Assembly: GCA_965200425.1 (NCBI GenBank)
Contig: CBDAUA010000007.1
Span: 102,749-166,748 of the forward strand
Direction of reading: 5' to 3'
DNA: 64,000 nt
DNA from: Arenicellales bacterium
GTDB lineage: Bacteria; Pseudomonadota; Gammaproteobacteria; Arenicellales; JAJDZL01
Positions 27,030 to 36,727 of this stretch are shown piece after piece. The first letter of the stretch is position 1. The number at the start of each line of letters is the position of its first letter. A model generated the notes under the pieces. That model searched no databases and had not been told where the DNA came from. It saw nothing but the letters and a program-made list of their open reading frames with translations. Made by a program: the position numbers and the translations under genes.

Positions 27030-27971
27030 TTACTGAATCCAAGCTTCCCATTTATCTTTATGTTCGTCCAACCAACGTTGTGCAGCAGGTATAACTTCCA
27101 TACCATCGGTATCGACATAGTTCGACTGCTTTGCAACATCCAAGTTGGTAAAGTTGATTTTTTGAGCTACTGCATACGCCTTCGGATGTGTTTCTTTAAA
27201 TTCGTGTGAAACACCAATCTTCAGATATCCACCTTTTGGATTTCCGCAATCGTACAATGCTTCCTTATTCATTCCCCATGCAGGGTCTTCGGTACACGCT
27301 GCGTCATGTTCTGGAAATTCTACAAATTCGCCTTCGTACAAAGCTTCAATGAAGTTCGGTGTCCAATTAAAGATCACAACCGGAATGTTTTGCTTAATAC
27401 CAGCTTCCAATTCGGCCCAAATCGCGGCGGCTGATCCAGCATTTCGAACCACAAAATTCATACCTAGTGCTTCCACTTTTTCGGCATCATGCTTAAGCCA
27501 GTCGACGGGACCACCGATGAAAACGCCTTTTCCATCAGAATCGACGCGTGCAAACTTGTCTGAACAGGCATCCAACGCTTTCCAATCCGGGAGTCCTGGG
27601 CACACATTCTTGACGAACATTGGATACCACCACTCTTCTCTAGTTTTGGCGTCATGGGTGGCTAGGTCGATCACGCAACCTTGTTCCACTACTGCCTCAA
27701 AGGATGCACCGAAAGCACCTTGCCACACTTCATGCACGATATCAATATCATTTTCACACATGGACTGATATACGGTTTGGCTATCCGAAGGAATGTATTC
27801 AACTTCTTCCCCTACCATTTCGAATAACATACCGACAATATGCGCACCGACTAGCTGGCTAGACCAATTGTGATGTGGGATATGAATTTTTGTGCCAGCA
27901 TTGACTGCGCCAACTGCGAACAGACTTAGTGATGCCGCCGCAGCGACCACGAACGATTTGGTTGATTTCAC
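27030..27971 (-). CDS. proX: Quaternary amine (glycine betaine family) ABC transporter substrate-binding protein
   Basis: Signal peptide, then Trp-rich ligand-box motifs (HNWSSQ, EVWQG, EEWWYP, FNWTPNF) typical of ProX/OpuAC-type binding proteins. Confidence 0.85.
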   Translation of the reverse strand: MKSTKSFVVAAAASLSLFAVGAVNAGTKIHIPHHNWSSQLVGAHIVGMLFEMVGEEVEYIPSDSQTVYQSMCENDIDIVHEVWQGAFGASFEAVVEQGCVIDLATHDAKTREEWWYPMFVKNVCPGLPDWKALDACSDKFARVDSDGKGVFIGGPVDWLKHDAEKVEALGMNFVVRNAGSAAAIWAELEAGIKQNIPVVIFNWTPNFIEALYEGEFVEFPEHDAACTEDPAWGMNKEALYDCGNPKGGYLKIGVSHEFKETHPKAYAVAQKINFTNLDVAKQSNYVDTDGMEVIPAAQRWLDEHKDKWEAWIQ

Positions 27972-28111
27972 GATTTAAACCTCCTAGTTATTGATAATTC
28001 AAAATCTCTAATAGTAGATAATGTTATATTTTTACGCGCAGAATTTTAATTCAAAATTACTTCGCGTTTGTAAAAAATATTTGAATAAATATAAAATTTT
28101 TTCTGAATTTT

Positions 28112-30109
28112 ATGCCTCAACGCAGTGAACTTTATTCGAAAATTAGTCGAGCCGCATTGGTGCTCGCACCGTTTGTGGCCTTGGCCGCGCTGCGTCCGGT
28201 GCTGCCGCAATGGGCAATCACGCCTCCAAAAAGTTGCCTAGCAGGCTGCGCCGACATAGAAGGAATGATTCCTTTTGTTGATTGGGTAAATGCAGTCATC
28301 AATTTTTTGCGCAAGTACGAGTTTTTCGGTACCTTTACTTTCAAAGACATCACTAGAGCATTAGCCGACCTCATTGAAATTCCGTTGGAAATCACCGAAG
28401 TGATACTTCACGAAGGTACTCCAATGTTCTTCTTTACACCTGTTTCTTGGATTTTGCTAGTAGGTCTGGCAGTTATTTACGGTTTGTATTTGAAGGGTTG
28501 GCGATTGGCTCTCTTGGGTGGCAGCTGTTTTTTCTACCTTGCATTGTTCAGCCAACGTGGGATCTGGGAACTGTCTATGCAAACATTGTCGGCGATTACA
28601 GTGTCCGTTCCACTCGCTGGCGTCATTGGACTGACACTAGGGATTATTGCTGCAAAGAACATAAATATCGAACGTTTACTCTGGCCAATTCTGAATATAT
28701 TGCAGTCCTTACCGCATTTTTCATACTTGATTATCGTCGCTATATTTTTCGGTATAGGCTCGAAAGCAGGAGTAATTGCAACTGTCATATTTGCATTTCC
28801 TCCTATGACGAGATTGACTCTTCTCGGAATAAAAAATATCCCTTCAGAAGTCCGGGAAGCAGGAATGATGGCTGGGTGCACCGCAAGGCAAATGCTGTTT
28901 AAAGTAGAAATACCAGCCGCGAGATCTGAAATTATGCTAGGCATCAACCAAGTGATCATGCAATGTCTAGCGATGGTCGTTATTGCATCGTTTATCGGTC
29001 AGTCGGGGCTCGGGTTCGATTTACTGGCCCGACTACAAAGGCTGGCAATCGGACAAGCATTCGAAATTGGTGTCGCAGTCGTGTTTATTGCGATTGCTCT
29101 CGACCGTTTTAGCCAAGCCGTAGTCACGAAAGAACCGGAACATGTTCGGCACGGTGCATTTTGGCAAAGACGACCTTATATGAGTGCAAGTATCGCGCTG
29201 GTAGTCGGAGTAGCTCTCATTTCTTTGATTCATCCTCCAGCCGTTCGATTTCCGCAAGAATTAACGATTTCTACATCAGTGTTTTGGGATGGTGTAGTGG
29301 ACTACATCACTTTACACTTTTATAAGGTTCTTGCTGCTTTTCGCGATACTTTCTTAGTTTACTTTCTCCTCCCGATCCGAGGATTGATTACGATGATTCC
29401 GTGGGTTGCAATCATCGCTTTGGTCGCTTGTCTCGGATGGAGACTCGGTGGCTGGAAAACAGCCCTGTTAGTGGTAAGTTTTGTGTTCTTCATTGCCGCC
29501 TCAGGTTATTGGGTACGAGCGATGATCACCCTATATATGGTGGTGGTTTCATTAATCATATGTGCTGCCATCGGAATCCCAATCGGAATCTGGGCATCGA
29601 GAAGAGATTGGTCCACCAAGTTTGTTCAAAATTTGTGCGATACGTTTCAGACTTTCCCTTCTTTCATTTATCTTTTGCCCGTTGTCATGCTATTTCAAAT
29701 CAGCGATGTGTCAGCGATTTTTGCAATCATCATTTATGCACTAATCCCCATTACGCGATATACGATCTTCGGACTACGAAGTATTCCAAAAGAAATTATT
29801 GAAGCGGCAATGACATCGGGTTGTACAGAAAATCAAACTTTGTGGAAAGTGCGGCTCCCTATGGCACTTCCAGAGATGGTGCTCGGACTCAATCAAACTC
29901 TGATGTTCAGCTTGTTTATGGTCATGATTGCCGGCTTTATCGGAACAGTTGACCTATCTCAGGAAATATTTCGGGCCCTGACATTCAACGATGGTGGCAA
30001 AGGGCTCGTAATTGGAATGTGTGTTGCGTTTATCGGATTGACTGCGGATAAGCTGCTGGTTGAATGGGCGAGTCAACGCAAGAAAATGTACGGACTGAGC
30101 CAAGCATAA
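28112..30109 (+). CDS. Fused double-domain ABC transporter permease (ProW-like x2)
   Basis: 665 aa with two copies of a BPD-transport permease core: FAFPPMTRLTLLGIKNIPSEVREAGMMAGCT and ALIPITRYTIFGLRSIPKEIIEAAMTSGCT. Confidence 0.85.
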   Translation: MPQRSELYSKISRAALVLAPFVALAALRPVLPQWAITPPKSCLAGCADIEGMIPFVDWVNAVINFLRKYEFFGTFTFKDITRALADLIEIPLEITEVILHEGTPMFFFTPVSWILLVGLAVIYGLYLKGWRLALLGGSCFFYLALFSQRGIWELSMQTLSAITVSVPLAGVIGLTLGIIAAKNINIERLLWPILNILQSLPHFSYLIIVAIFFGIGSKAGVIATVIFAFPPMTRLTLLGIKNIPSEVREAGMMAGCTARQMLFKVEIPAARSEIMLGINQVIMQCLAMVVIASFIGQSGLGFDLLARLQRLAIGQAFEIGVAVVFIAIALDRFSQAVVTKEPEHVRHGAFWQRRPYMSASIALVVGVALISLIHPPAVRFPQELTISTSVFWDGVVDYITLHFYKVLAAFRDTFLVYFLLPIRGLITMIPWVAIIALVACLGWRLGGWKTALLVVSFVFFIAASGYWVRAMITLYMVVVSLIICAAIGIPIGIWASRRDWSTKFVQNLCDTFQTFPSFIYLLPVVMLFQISDVSAIFAIIIYALIPITRYTIFGLRSIPKEIIEAAMTSGCTENQTLWKVRLPMALPEMVLGLNQTLMFSLFMVMIAGFIGTVDLSQEIFRALTFNDGGKGLVIGMCVAFIGLTADKLLVEWASQRKKMYGLSQA

Positions 30110-30307
30110 GATCTAATTTAGGTGAAACGCCGACTTGCAGCAAACCGTCACTACCTGCCTAAATCGGTCGAACATATATAATCACATGTGTTCTTAACCG
30201 CCTCGCACAATCCGGTTATCATGATTGAAAAATACAGTGACAAAAAGCCAGTTCCATTACGATAAATTTTGAAGGCCGTACACCTCCCAGGCAAGAAGAT
30301 CTGACTG

Positions 30308-31693
30308 ATGCACTATATCAGCACGCGGGGAAAAGCCCCGCGACTTGACTTTGAACAAGCTGCGACTTCCGGTTTGGGAGTCGATGGGGGTCTGTATTTG
30401 CCAGAACTTTGGCCGACTTTGAGCCACCAAGAAATTGCCTCGTTCCAGGGCTTAACTTACCGCGAACTCGCAGTCGAAATCATTTCTAGATTTGTCGGTG
30501 ACTCACCCACAATTCCCGAATTGAAAAATTTAGTCGATTCTGCTTATTCCAATTTTGAGCATCCACAAATCGCACCACTTCATCAGCTTGAATCCGGACT
30601 GCACATTCTCGAGCTATACCATGGTCCAACCTTATCATTCAAAGACTATGCCTTGCAGTTTCTAGGTAAATTTATGGATTGGAGCTTAGATTCCCGCAAG
30701 CAACATTTGACCATTGTTGGCGCGACTTCTGGGGACACCGGTTCCGCAGCAATTTCGGCGGTGACCGGATCTGCCTACATTAACTTGTTCATACTACACC
30801 CTTTCGGTCGAGTATCGGACATGCAGCGACGGCAAATGACCACCAACCAAGACCTTAACATTTTCAACTACGCAGTTGACGGCACATTTGATGACTGCCA
30901 AGCCATTGTAAAAACAATCTTCAACGATGCAGAGATTTCGAGGCACTACTCACTGGGCGCGGTAAACTCGATCAATTGGGGACGAATTACAGCTCAAATT
31001 GTTTATTATTTCTACGCTGCACTACAGCTAGGCGCACCAAAAAGATCCGTTTCATTTGCGGTGCCAACTGGCAACTTTGGCAACGTATTTGCAGGATACT
31101 CCGCGGCAAGGATGGGGTTGCCGATTGAAAGAATTCTAGTTTGCTCCAATGAAAATGATATTCTGACTCGTTTTTTTGATCATGGCAAGATGTGGAAACA
31201 AGGCGTCAAACAGACCGTAACCCCCAGTATGGACATCGAAGTCTCCAGTAATTTCGAGAGATTTTTATTTGAACTGCTCGATCGAGACGGCGAAGCGGTT
31301 ACGGATCTCATGCAACAGCTCGCACTTGATGGTGAATTCAAAGTAGAACATGAAGTGCTACAACGCGCACAAGAAACCTTCGGCGCCCATCGTGTGAGTG
31401 ACGAAGAAACCCGAAAAGCGATTGCTCGGCACTATACAGAAACCGGTACAATCGTGGACCCGCACACTGCGGTGGCTTTGGCGGCCGCCAAAAAGATAAA
31501 TAGGGATTTCGACCATCCATTGGTTGTAATTTCTACGGCTCATCCTGCTAAGTTTTCCGAAACGATAAAACAATCGATCGGCAAAGAAGTCGAGCTGCCT
31601 TCGCAGCTCAGGCTACTTCTTACAAAACCCGAACGATTTCGTAGAATTTCGAACAATTCGGATGAATTGAAGAAGATAATGTTGTCTGTATGA
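30308..31693 (+). CDS. thrC: Threonine synthase
   Basis: MHYISTRG N-terminus, PLP lysine motif SFKDYALQ and a 461-aa length. Confidence 0.92.
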   Translation: MHYISTRGKAPRLDFEQAATSGLGVDGGLYLPELWPTLSHQEIASFQGLTYRELAVEIISRFVGDSPTIPELKNLVDSAYSNFEHPQIAPLHQLESGLHILELYHGPTLSFKDYALQFLGKFMDWSLDSRKQHLTIVGATSGDTGSAAISAVTGSAYINLFILHPFGRVSDMQRRQMTTNQDLNIFNYAVDGTFDDCQAIVKTIFNDAEISRHYSLGAVNSINWGRITAQIVYYFYAALQLGAPKRSVSFAVPTGNFGNVFAGYSAARMGLPIERILVCSNENDILTRFFDHGKMWKQGVKQTVTPSMDIEVSSNFERFLFELLDRDGEAVTDLMQQLALDGEFKVEHEVLQRAQETFGAHRVSDEETRKAIARHYTETGTIVDPHTAVALAAAKKINRDFDHPLVVISTAHPAKFSETIKQSIGKEVELPSQLRLLLTKPERFRRISNNSDELKKIMLSV

Positions 31694-32577
31694 AATATTT
31701 TCCGTTGACATCCATTCGAGTTGAATCGATACGCCTTTTTGTTCTACTTTGGTGCATTAGTCTAGTCGCACACCAGTCTGTTGTAAATTCAAGCTACGAA
31801 CCGCTGATTGGTGCCAAGCTAGATGGAAGTTTTACACAAGGAGGGCTTTTAATCGGCACTACAGTTCGAGAATCCAAAGTCTACCTTGATGGACATCCAA
31901 TTCGAGTTTCAGATGAAGGAATTTTTTTAGTCGGATTTGGCCGAGATGCGAAACAGACTTGGTCTCTCTCGATTGTATATCCTGACCTTCGAACCTTCGA
32001 TAGTACGATCGAAATAAGCGCGCGAGATTATGAAATTCAACGAATTGATGGGCTTGCGCCTAGGAAAGTCACGCCTTTAGAAGAAGATTTAAAGCGAATT
32101 CGAGCCGATGTAGCTCAAGTCAAGGCAGCTCGCGCAACCGATGACGCAAGAACGGACTTTCTCGAACCCTTTGACTGGCCAGTACTAGGGATCATTACCG
32201 GTGTTTACGGAAGCCAACGAATCTTGAACGGCGAACCTCGCCGTCCCCATTATGGAATCGATATCGCTGCTCCAAGAGGCACTCCAGTTCTCGCCCCTGC
32301 CTCCGGGAAAGTCACACTCGTCCATCCAGATATGTTTTACTCTGGAGGGACACTAATCATTGATCACGGGCATGGACTATCGTCGACGTTTCTACACTTG
32401 GATTCAATAAAGGTCGCCAAAGGCGATTACATCAAGAAGAACCAAGTCGTAGCGACCGTAGGTTCAACCGGCCGAGGTACCGGCCCACATCTCGATTGGC
32501 GAATCAATCTATTTTCTCAACGTCTAGATCCTCAGCTGATTGTCGGCGAAATGCCGAGCGTCGATTCTTCACAATAG
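31690..32577 (+). CDS. M23 family metallopeptidase (secreted)
   Basis: HYGIDIAAPRGTPVLAPASGKV ... GSTGRGTGPHLDW. The ATGA overlap with the thrC stop suggests translational coupling. Confidence 0.85.
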   Translation: MKYFPLTSIRVESIRLFVLLWCISLVAHQSVVNSSYEPLIGAKLDGSFTQGGLLIGTTVRESKVYLDGHPIRVSDEGIFLVGFGRDAKQTWSLSIVYPDLRTFDSTIEISARDYEIQRIDGLAPRKVTPLEEDLKRIRADVAQVKAARATDDARTDFLEPFDWPVLGIITGVYGSQRILNGEPRRPHYGIDIAAPRGTPVLAPASGKVTLVHPDMFYSGGTLIIDHGHGLSSTFLHLDSIKVAKGDYIKKNQVVATVGSTGRGTGPHLDWRINLFSQRLDPQLIVGEMPSVDSSQ

Positions 32578-32596
32578 AATTAGCCTTCAAATCACC

Positions 32597-33145
32597 ATGA
32601 ATTCAGCGACCCGCGGTGTCATTCTGGGCATCATTGTGATGGCCGTGGTGATTACTGTTTCAAATATTTTGGTTCAGTATCCGATTAATGACTGGCTCAC
32701 TTGGGGACACTTCACGTTTCCGATCACGTTCCTGGTTGCCGATGTCGTTAATCGAAAATTTAACGCCGTTAGAGCAAAATCGGTTGCTTATGTGGGATTT
32801 ATCTTTGCTGTTGTTCTTTCGTTTTGGCTAGCGCACGCACGCATTGCACTCGCTTCGGGCCTTGCCTTTCTAATTGGACAGTTGACTGACATTACGATAT
32901 TTGACCGACTTCGGCATCGAAACTGGTGGCAAGCTCCTCTAATCTCTTCAGCTATTGCGTCAACCATAGATACGGCATTCTTTTACGGTATCGCCTTTTT
33001 CGGAACCGGTTTACCTTGGGTAACTTGGGCTCTTGGAGACTACGCTGTGAAACTGTTTACAGCTTTTTGTTTGTTGCCCTTGTTTTACCTCATTTCCAAC
33101 AGAACTTGGTCAAAATCAAAGCCTAGCACCACCGACAGAACGTAG
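32597..33145 (+). CDS. yhhQ: Queuosine precursor transporter (YhhQ / VUT family)
   Basis: Multi-TM protein with a FPITFLVADVVNRKF pattern. The start is placed at the ATG at 32597 (MNSATRG), just downstream of the peptidase stop. Confidence 0.75.
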   Translation: MNSATRGVILGIIVMAVVITVSNILVQYPINDWLTWGHFTFPITFLVADVVNRKFNAVRAKSVAYVGFIFAVVLSFWLAHARIALASGLAFLIGQLTDITIFDRLRHRNWWQAPLISSAIASTIDTAFFYGIAFFGTGLPWVTWALGDYAVKLFTAFCLLPLFYLISNRTWSKSKPSTTDRT

Positions 33146-33159
33146 TCTTGTCACCACCA

Positions 33160-33972
33160 TCAACTCGCCCTTCCGAGGCAAATTCTTCCACGAAAGGCGG
33201 AGGGCATTTGAGCAAGCAGTAACTCTCCTTGCCGCTTATTCTTAAGTTTCGAAAACACAGCGCAACCTGAACCAGTAACACGTGCCTCGCCAATTTGCGA
33301 ATGCCACTTGAATGCCGCTAGCACTTCCGGATACAGACGACAAACCACCGGAGACAGATCATTGGCTGTCATCTCCTTGGCGAAATCACTCTTTGCAATC
33401 TTTGGTCGAAAGGATCGAAATTTACAAGATTCGTACACCTGTTTGGTAAAGACGACAACAGGTGGCACCGTGACCAAATAAAGCTGCTCGGGCAACGAAA
33501 TCGTTGACAGTATTTCACCTCTTCCTTCAGCCCAAGCGTTGGTGCCTCGAACGAATACCGGAACGTCAGCTCCCAATTCTGCCCCAATCTTCATCAGTTC
33601 GATTTGACTTAAATGTAGATCCCACAATTCATTCAATGCCAGCAGTGTAATCGCGGCATCCGCACTGCCACCACCGAAACCTGCTCCAACCGGAATCGTT
33701 TTCTTTAAATGGATGTCTACGCCTTCACGACCCGGATACTTGCTTCTCAATAAAGTGGCTGCTCGAACCGTAAGGTCGATTGATTCCGGAATTCCTTCAA
33801 TTTCAGAAATTCGACGAATTTTTCCGTTTCGAGTGCGCGAAAATTGAAGTTCATCAAACCAATCGATGAGCTGAAATATTGTCTGAATTTCGTGATAGCC
33901 ATCGGCGTAGCGACCGACAACATGCAAAAACAAATTTAGTTTGGCAGGGGCATACCAAGTCTTCATAGACAA
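33160..33972 (-). CDS. ispE: 4-(cytidine 5'-diphospho)-2-C-methyl-D-erythritol kinase
   Basis: APAKLNLFLHV N-terminus and a GHMP kinase motif PVGAGFGGGSADAA. Confidence 0.9.
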   Translation of the reverse strand: MSMKTWYAPAKLNLFLHVVGRYADGYHEIQTIFQLIDWFDELQFSRTRNGKIRRISEIEGIPESIDLTVRAATLLRSKYPGREGVDIHLKKTIPVGAGFGGGSADAAITLLALNELWDLHLSQIELMKIGAELGADVPVFVRGTNAWAEGRGEILSTISLPEQLYLVTVPPVVVFTKQVYESCKFRSFRPKIAKSDFAKEMTANDLSPVVCRLYPEVLAAFKWHSQIGEARVTGSGCAVFSKLKNKRQGELLLAQMPSAFRGRICLGRAS

Positions 33973-34002
33973 TGATTTTGAATATCCGACTTGGAGTTGC
34001 TG

Positions 34003-34623
34003 CTATGTGATTCCCCAACTCGTGATCGCAAGTCTGATTTCAGTTTCACCATTTGGCTCGTCTTGGTTTGAATCAAGTATTGATACAGCTGGATTTTTCA
34101 CAATGATTCTTACCCGCGTTGGCAATTCATAACCATCAAACTCTCTGTAACGCGACAATAACACAGTCCAATCGGACTGATGTATGGATTTGACTCTACC
34201 ATTATTGTAATTCTTCGTTATGGCGTCGGTTCCAGGTTCGGGATAGGGCAAGCCAACAACCCAGTACATCAATTCCTCAATTGGAAGATTCCATCCTGTC
34301 TTCGACAACAACACTTCCTGCACCGAGCTGCCAACAATTTTTTCGCCTTCGGTATTTTCAAAAACGGCACCATTGGAATCCTGCTGAATTCGTATCCGAC
34401 GAGAACCGAAGCCCCCATAGATTTCCATGGAATGGTTCTCAGCTTTGCGCTGCCAATTTATGCGAGCAATCTCACCCTTTGAACCTTCTCGAAAGCTAAT
34501 CCTACCTCGAATTTCCCAATGCACCAAAGCATTGGTGAATTGTTCAGATAAATCATCGAGGTAACGTGGACCCGCACAACCCGCGACAAATACGGATATT
34601 GCTAAAACAGCTAAGCGGAACAT
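34003..34623 (-). CDS. lolB: Outer-membrane lipoprotein LolB
   Basis: Lipobox LAISVFVAGC, a 206-aa length and conserved lolB-ispE adjacency. Confidence 0.8.
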   Translation of the reverse strand: MFRLAVLAISVFVAGCAGPRYLDDLSEQFTNALVHWEIRGRISFREGSKGEIARINWQRKAENHSMEIYGGFGSRRIRIQQDSNGAVFENTEGEKIVGSSVQEVLLSKTGWNLPIEELMYWVVGLPYPEPGTDAITKNYNNGRVKSIHQSDWTVLLSRYREFDGYELPTRVRIIVKNPAVSILDSNQDEPNGETEIRLAITSWGIT

Positions 34624-36407
34624 TAGTTGGTGAATTTCTGTATCGTATCAATCAGAAATTTGCTGTCAGGATTCAATTCTACCGCTTTGTCCCAGATTTT
34701 TTGAGCCTCACGTTTGTTGCCAGTTACCCAATAGACTTCGCCCAAATGTGCAGCGATAACGGGATCATAACGAAGTTCTAGCGCAGTCTTTAGAAACTTA
34801 ACCGCGAGCTCATAATCTCCCAATTTGTAGTGTACCCACCCCATACTATCGAGAATATATGAATCATGTGGTCGCAATTCAAGTGCTTGTTGAATCAGTT
34901 TAAACGCTTCTTCGAGGCGGTCGGTTTGATCCGCCAATGTATAACCCAACGAGTTCAACGCTTCTGGGCTATCTGGTTGTATCTCTAACAAAAAGTTGAC
35001 GTCACGCTCAACCAAGTCAACTTTATTTAGTTCCGATGCAACATAACTGCGCGCTAACAATAGCGCAGAATTTCCAGGATAATACTCCAAAGCCTCATTA
35101 AGCACTTCCAATGCTTGATCCAAGTCACCGTTGTCTTGATACAACTTTTTGAGCGTTAAGAAAATTCGGATATCTTCATTTTCGTTTTCTGTTTGTTGAG
35201 ACCGTAGTAGCGATTCGGCGCGCTCTAGATCGCCTCTTTGAGCGATGAGAACTGCCGATAACAGGACTTTGTCGAATATCAAACTCTCCACCGTAATTCC
35301 TTGGATCCACACGGATGCTTCATCAAAACGTTTGAGTGCAAGGTCAATATTTGCTAAATAGACCAATGTTCGTTGATCGTCATGTCGTAATTCGTAATAT
35401 TTCAGAAACTGCTCGCGCGCAAGTTCGAGTTGGTTCGCCCTTTCATACAATATTCCGAGCTGAAAATGCGCTTCAGCACCAGGCAATTGCTCAAACTGCT
35501 CAATTGCCTCATGATAAATACCTTGACTGGATAGATAGAATCCATAGACCCCTCGGAGTGTATCCGAGGCCGGATAGCTTTTCAAAAATCTCTGGACAAA
35601 TTGCTCGGCTTCATCTACTTTATTGGACTCCACTAGCATTTGAAACTTCGCGGCTGCGGCATCCTGAGAATCAGGTGCAACTTCAAAAACATCTTTGAGT
35701 AAAAGTTCGATTTCTGCGGCATCAATCTTAGCGGCAACCGCTAATTTTATCAGTTGCTCGCGTACTGCTAAATTGTCACCCACCCCCTCGGCAAAATTGG
35801 CAAATATAGAGTAGGCTCGAGACGGCTCTAAAGTTCTACTTAGGACTCTTGCGATTTGACGCGCAGCGTGATCTCCTCCATCGTTTGAAAGTTCTACAAC
35901 CTTGGCAAAACCCGCCTTGGCATCCTCATATTGCTCTAATTCAATCCGAATCAGAGAATGGCTTAACCAGGCTCCCGAATTTTCCGGAGCAAGTTCTACC
36001 CAAAGTTCTGTCGCTTTGGCAGCAATGTATGGCCTTCTAAAATTGATTGAACGCAATGTGGCTGCTTCTGCGAGTCTGGGATCTCGAGTTTCTGCTGCAA
36101 TTTCATACAGAGAGTCGATGCTGTAATGGCCCATGTTTCGATGATAATAAAGCTCTATAAGAAGCAATTCGTTTAGGAGACTTGCAGTTAAATCGACACT
36201 GGGAAATTCGATGTCCGGAGCCGTTTCAACTTGTGGATCTGATGTGGGCGGTTCTTGGTTAGCCGTCTCAACGACCGAGACACATGAAGTTACAAAAAAA
36301 ACAGATACCGAAACCAGCAAAATTTTTAACAATTTTGAATCGAAGTTAGAGCCAAGCTGACTGCTCTGCAATCGGCGTGACGCTTTCTGTTTTGCTGATT
36401 TGATCAT
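34623..36407 (-). CDS. Tetratricopeptide repeat protein (conserved partner upstream of lolB)
   Basis: N-terminal TM/lipoprotein-like segment, then canonical TPRs (e.g. ALNSLGYTLADQTDRLEEAFKLIQQALELRP). Synteny matches the pseudomonad TPR-lolB-ispE arrangement. Confidence 0.75.
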   Translation of the reverse strand: MIKSAKQKASRRLQSSQLGSNFDSKLLKILLVSVSVFFVTSCVSVVETANQEPPTSDPQVETAPDIEFPSVDLTASLLNELLLIELYYHRNMGHYSIDSLYEIAAETRDPRLAEAATLRSINFRRPYIAAKATELWVELAPENSGAWLSHSLIRIELEQYEDAKAGFAKVVELSNDGGDHAARQIARVLSRTLEPSRAYSIFANFAEGVGDNLAVREQLIKLAVAAKIDAAEIELLLKDVFEVAPDSQDAAAAKFQMLVESNKVDEAEQFVQRFLKSYPASDTLRGVYGFYLSSQGIYHEAIEQFEQLPGAEAHFQLGILYERANQLELAREQFLKYYELRHDDQRTLVYLANIDLALKRFDEASVWIQGITVESLIFDKVLLSAVLIAQRGDLERAESLLRSQQTENENEDIRIFLTLKKLYQDNGDLDQALEVLNEALEYYPGNSALLLARSYVASELNKVDLVERDVNFLLEIQPDSPEALNSLGYTLADQTDRLEEAFKLIQQALELRPHDSYILDSMGWVHYKLGDYELAVKFLKTALELRYDPVIAAHLGEVYWVTGNKREAQKIWDKAVELNPDSKFLIDTIQKFTN

Positions 36408-36727
36408 GTAGAACCTGGCTTCAATATCGAGGAAAAAGCCCGGTTATATTAATTTCGACTAATAATTTCATTACTAAGCAAAAACTGACGCGCTCGAAAC
36501 TATTTTTCTCGCACATTCTTAAATACACTGTATTTCAAAGAGAGTTTGTGCAATTAAATTTACTTGCCCCAGCAACTTACTGCCGTCATCAACTGGGATA
36601 AGTCATTATAATGCTATCCAATCAGAAAATGCTTGACTTGCCCGCATCGATCAATTCAAACGAACTCCAACCCAAAATTTTCACGTACTTTTTCTAACAG
36701 AATCAATCACCAAAAACTTTCATTCTA

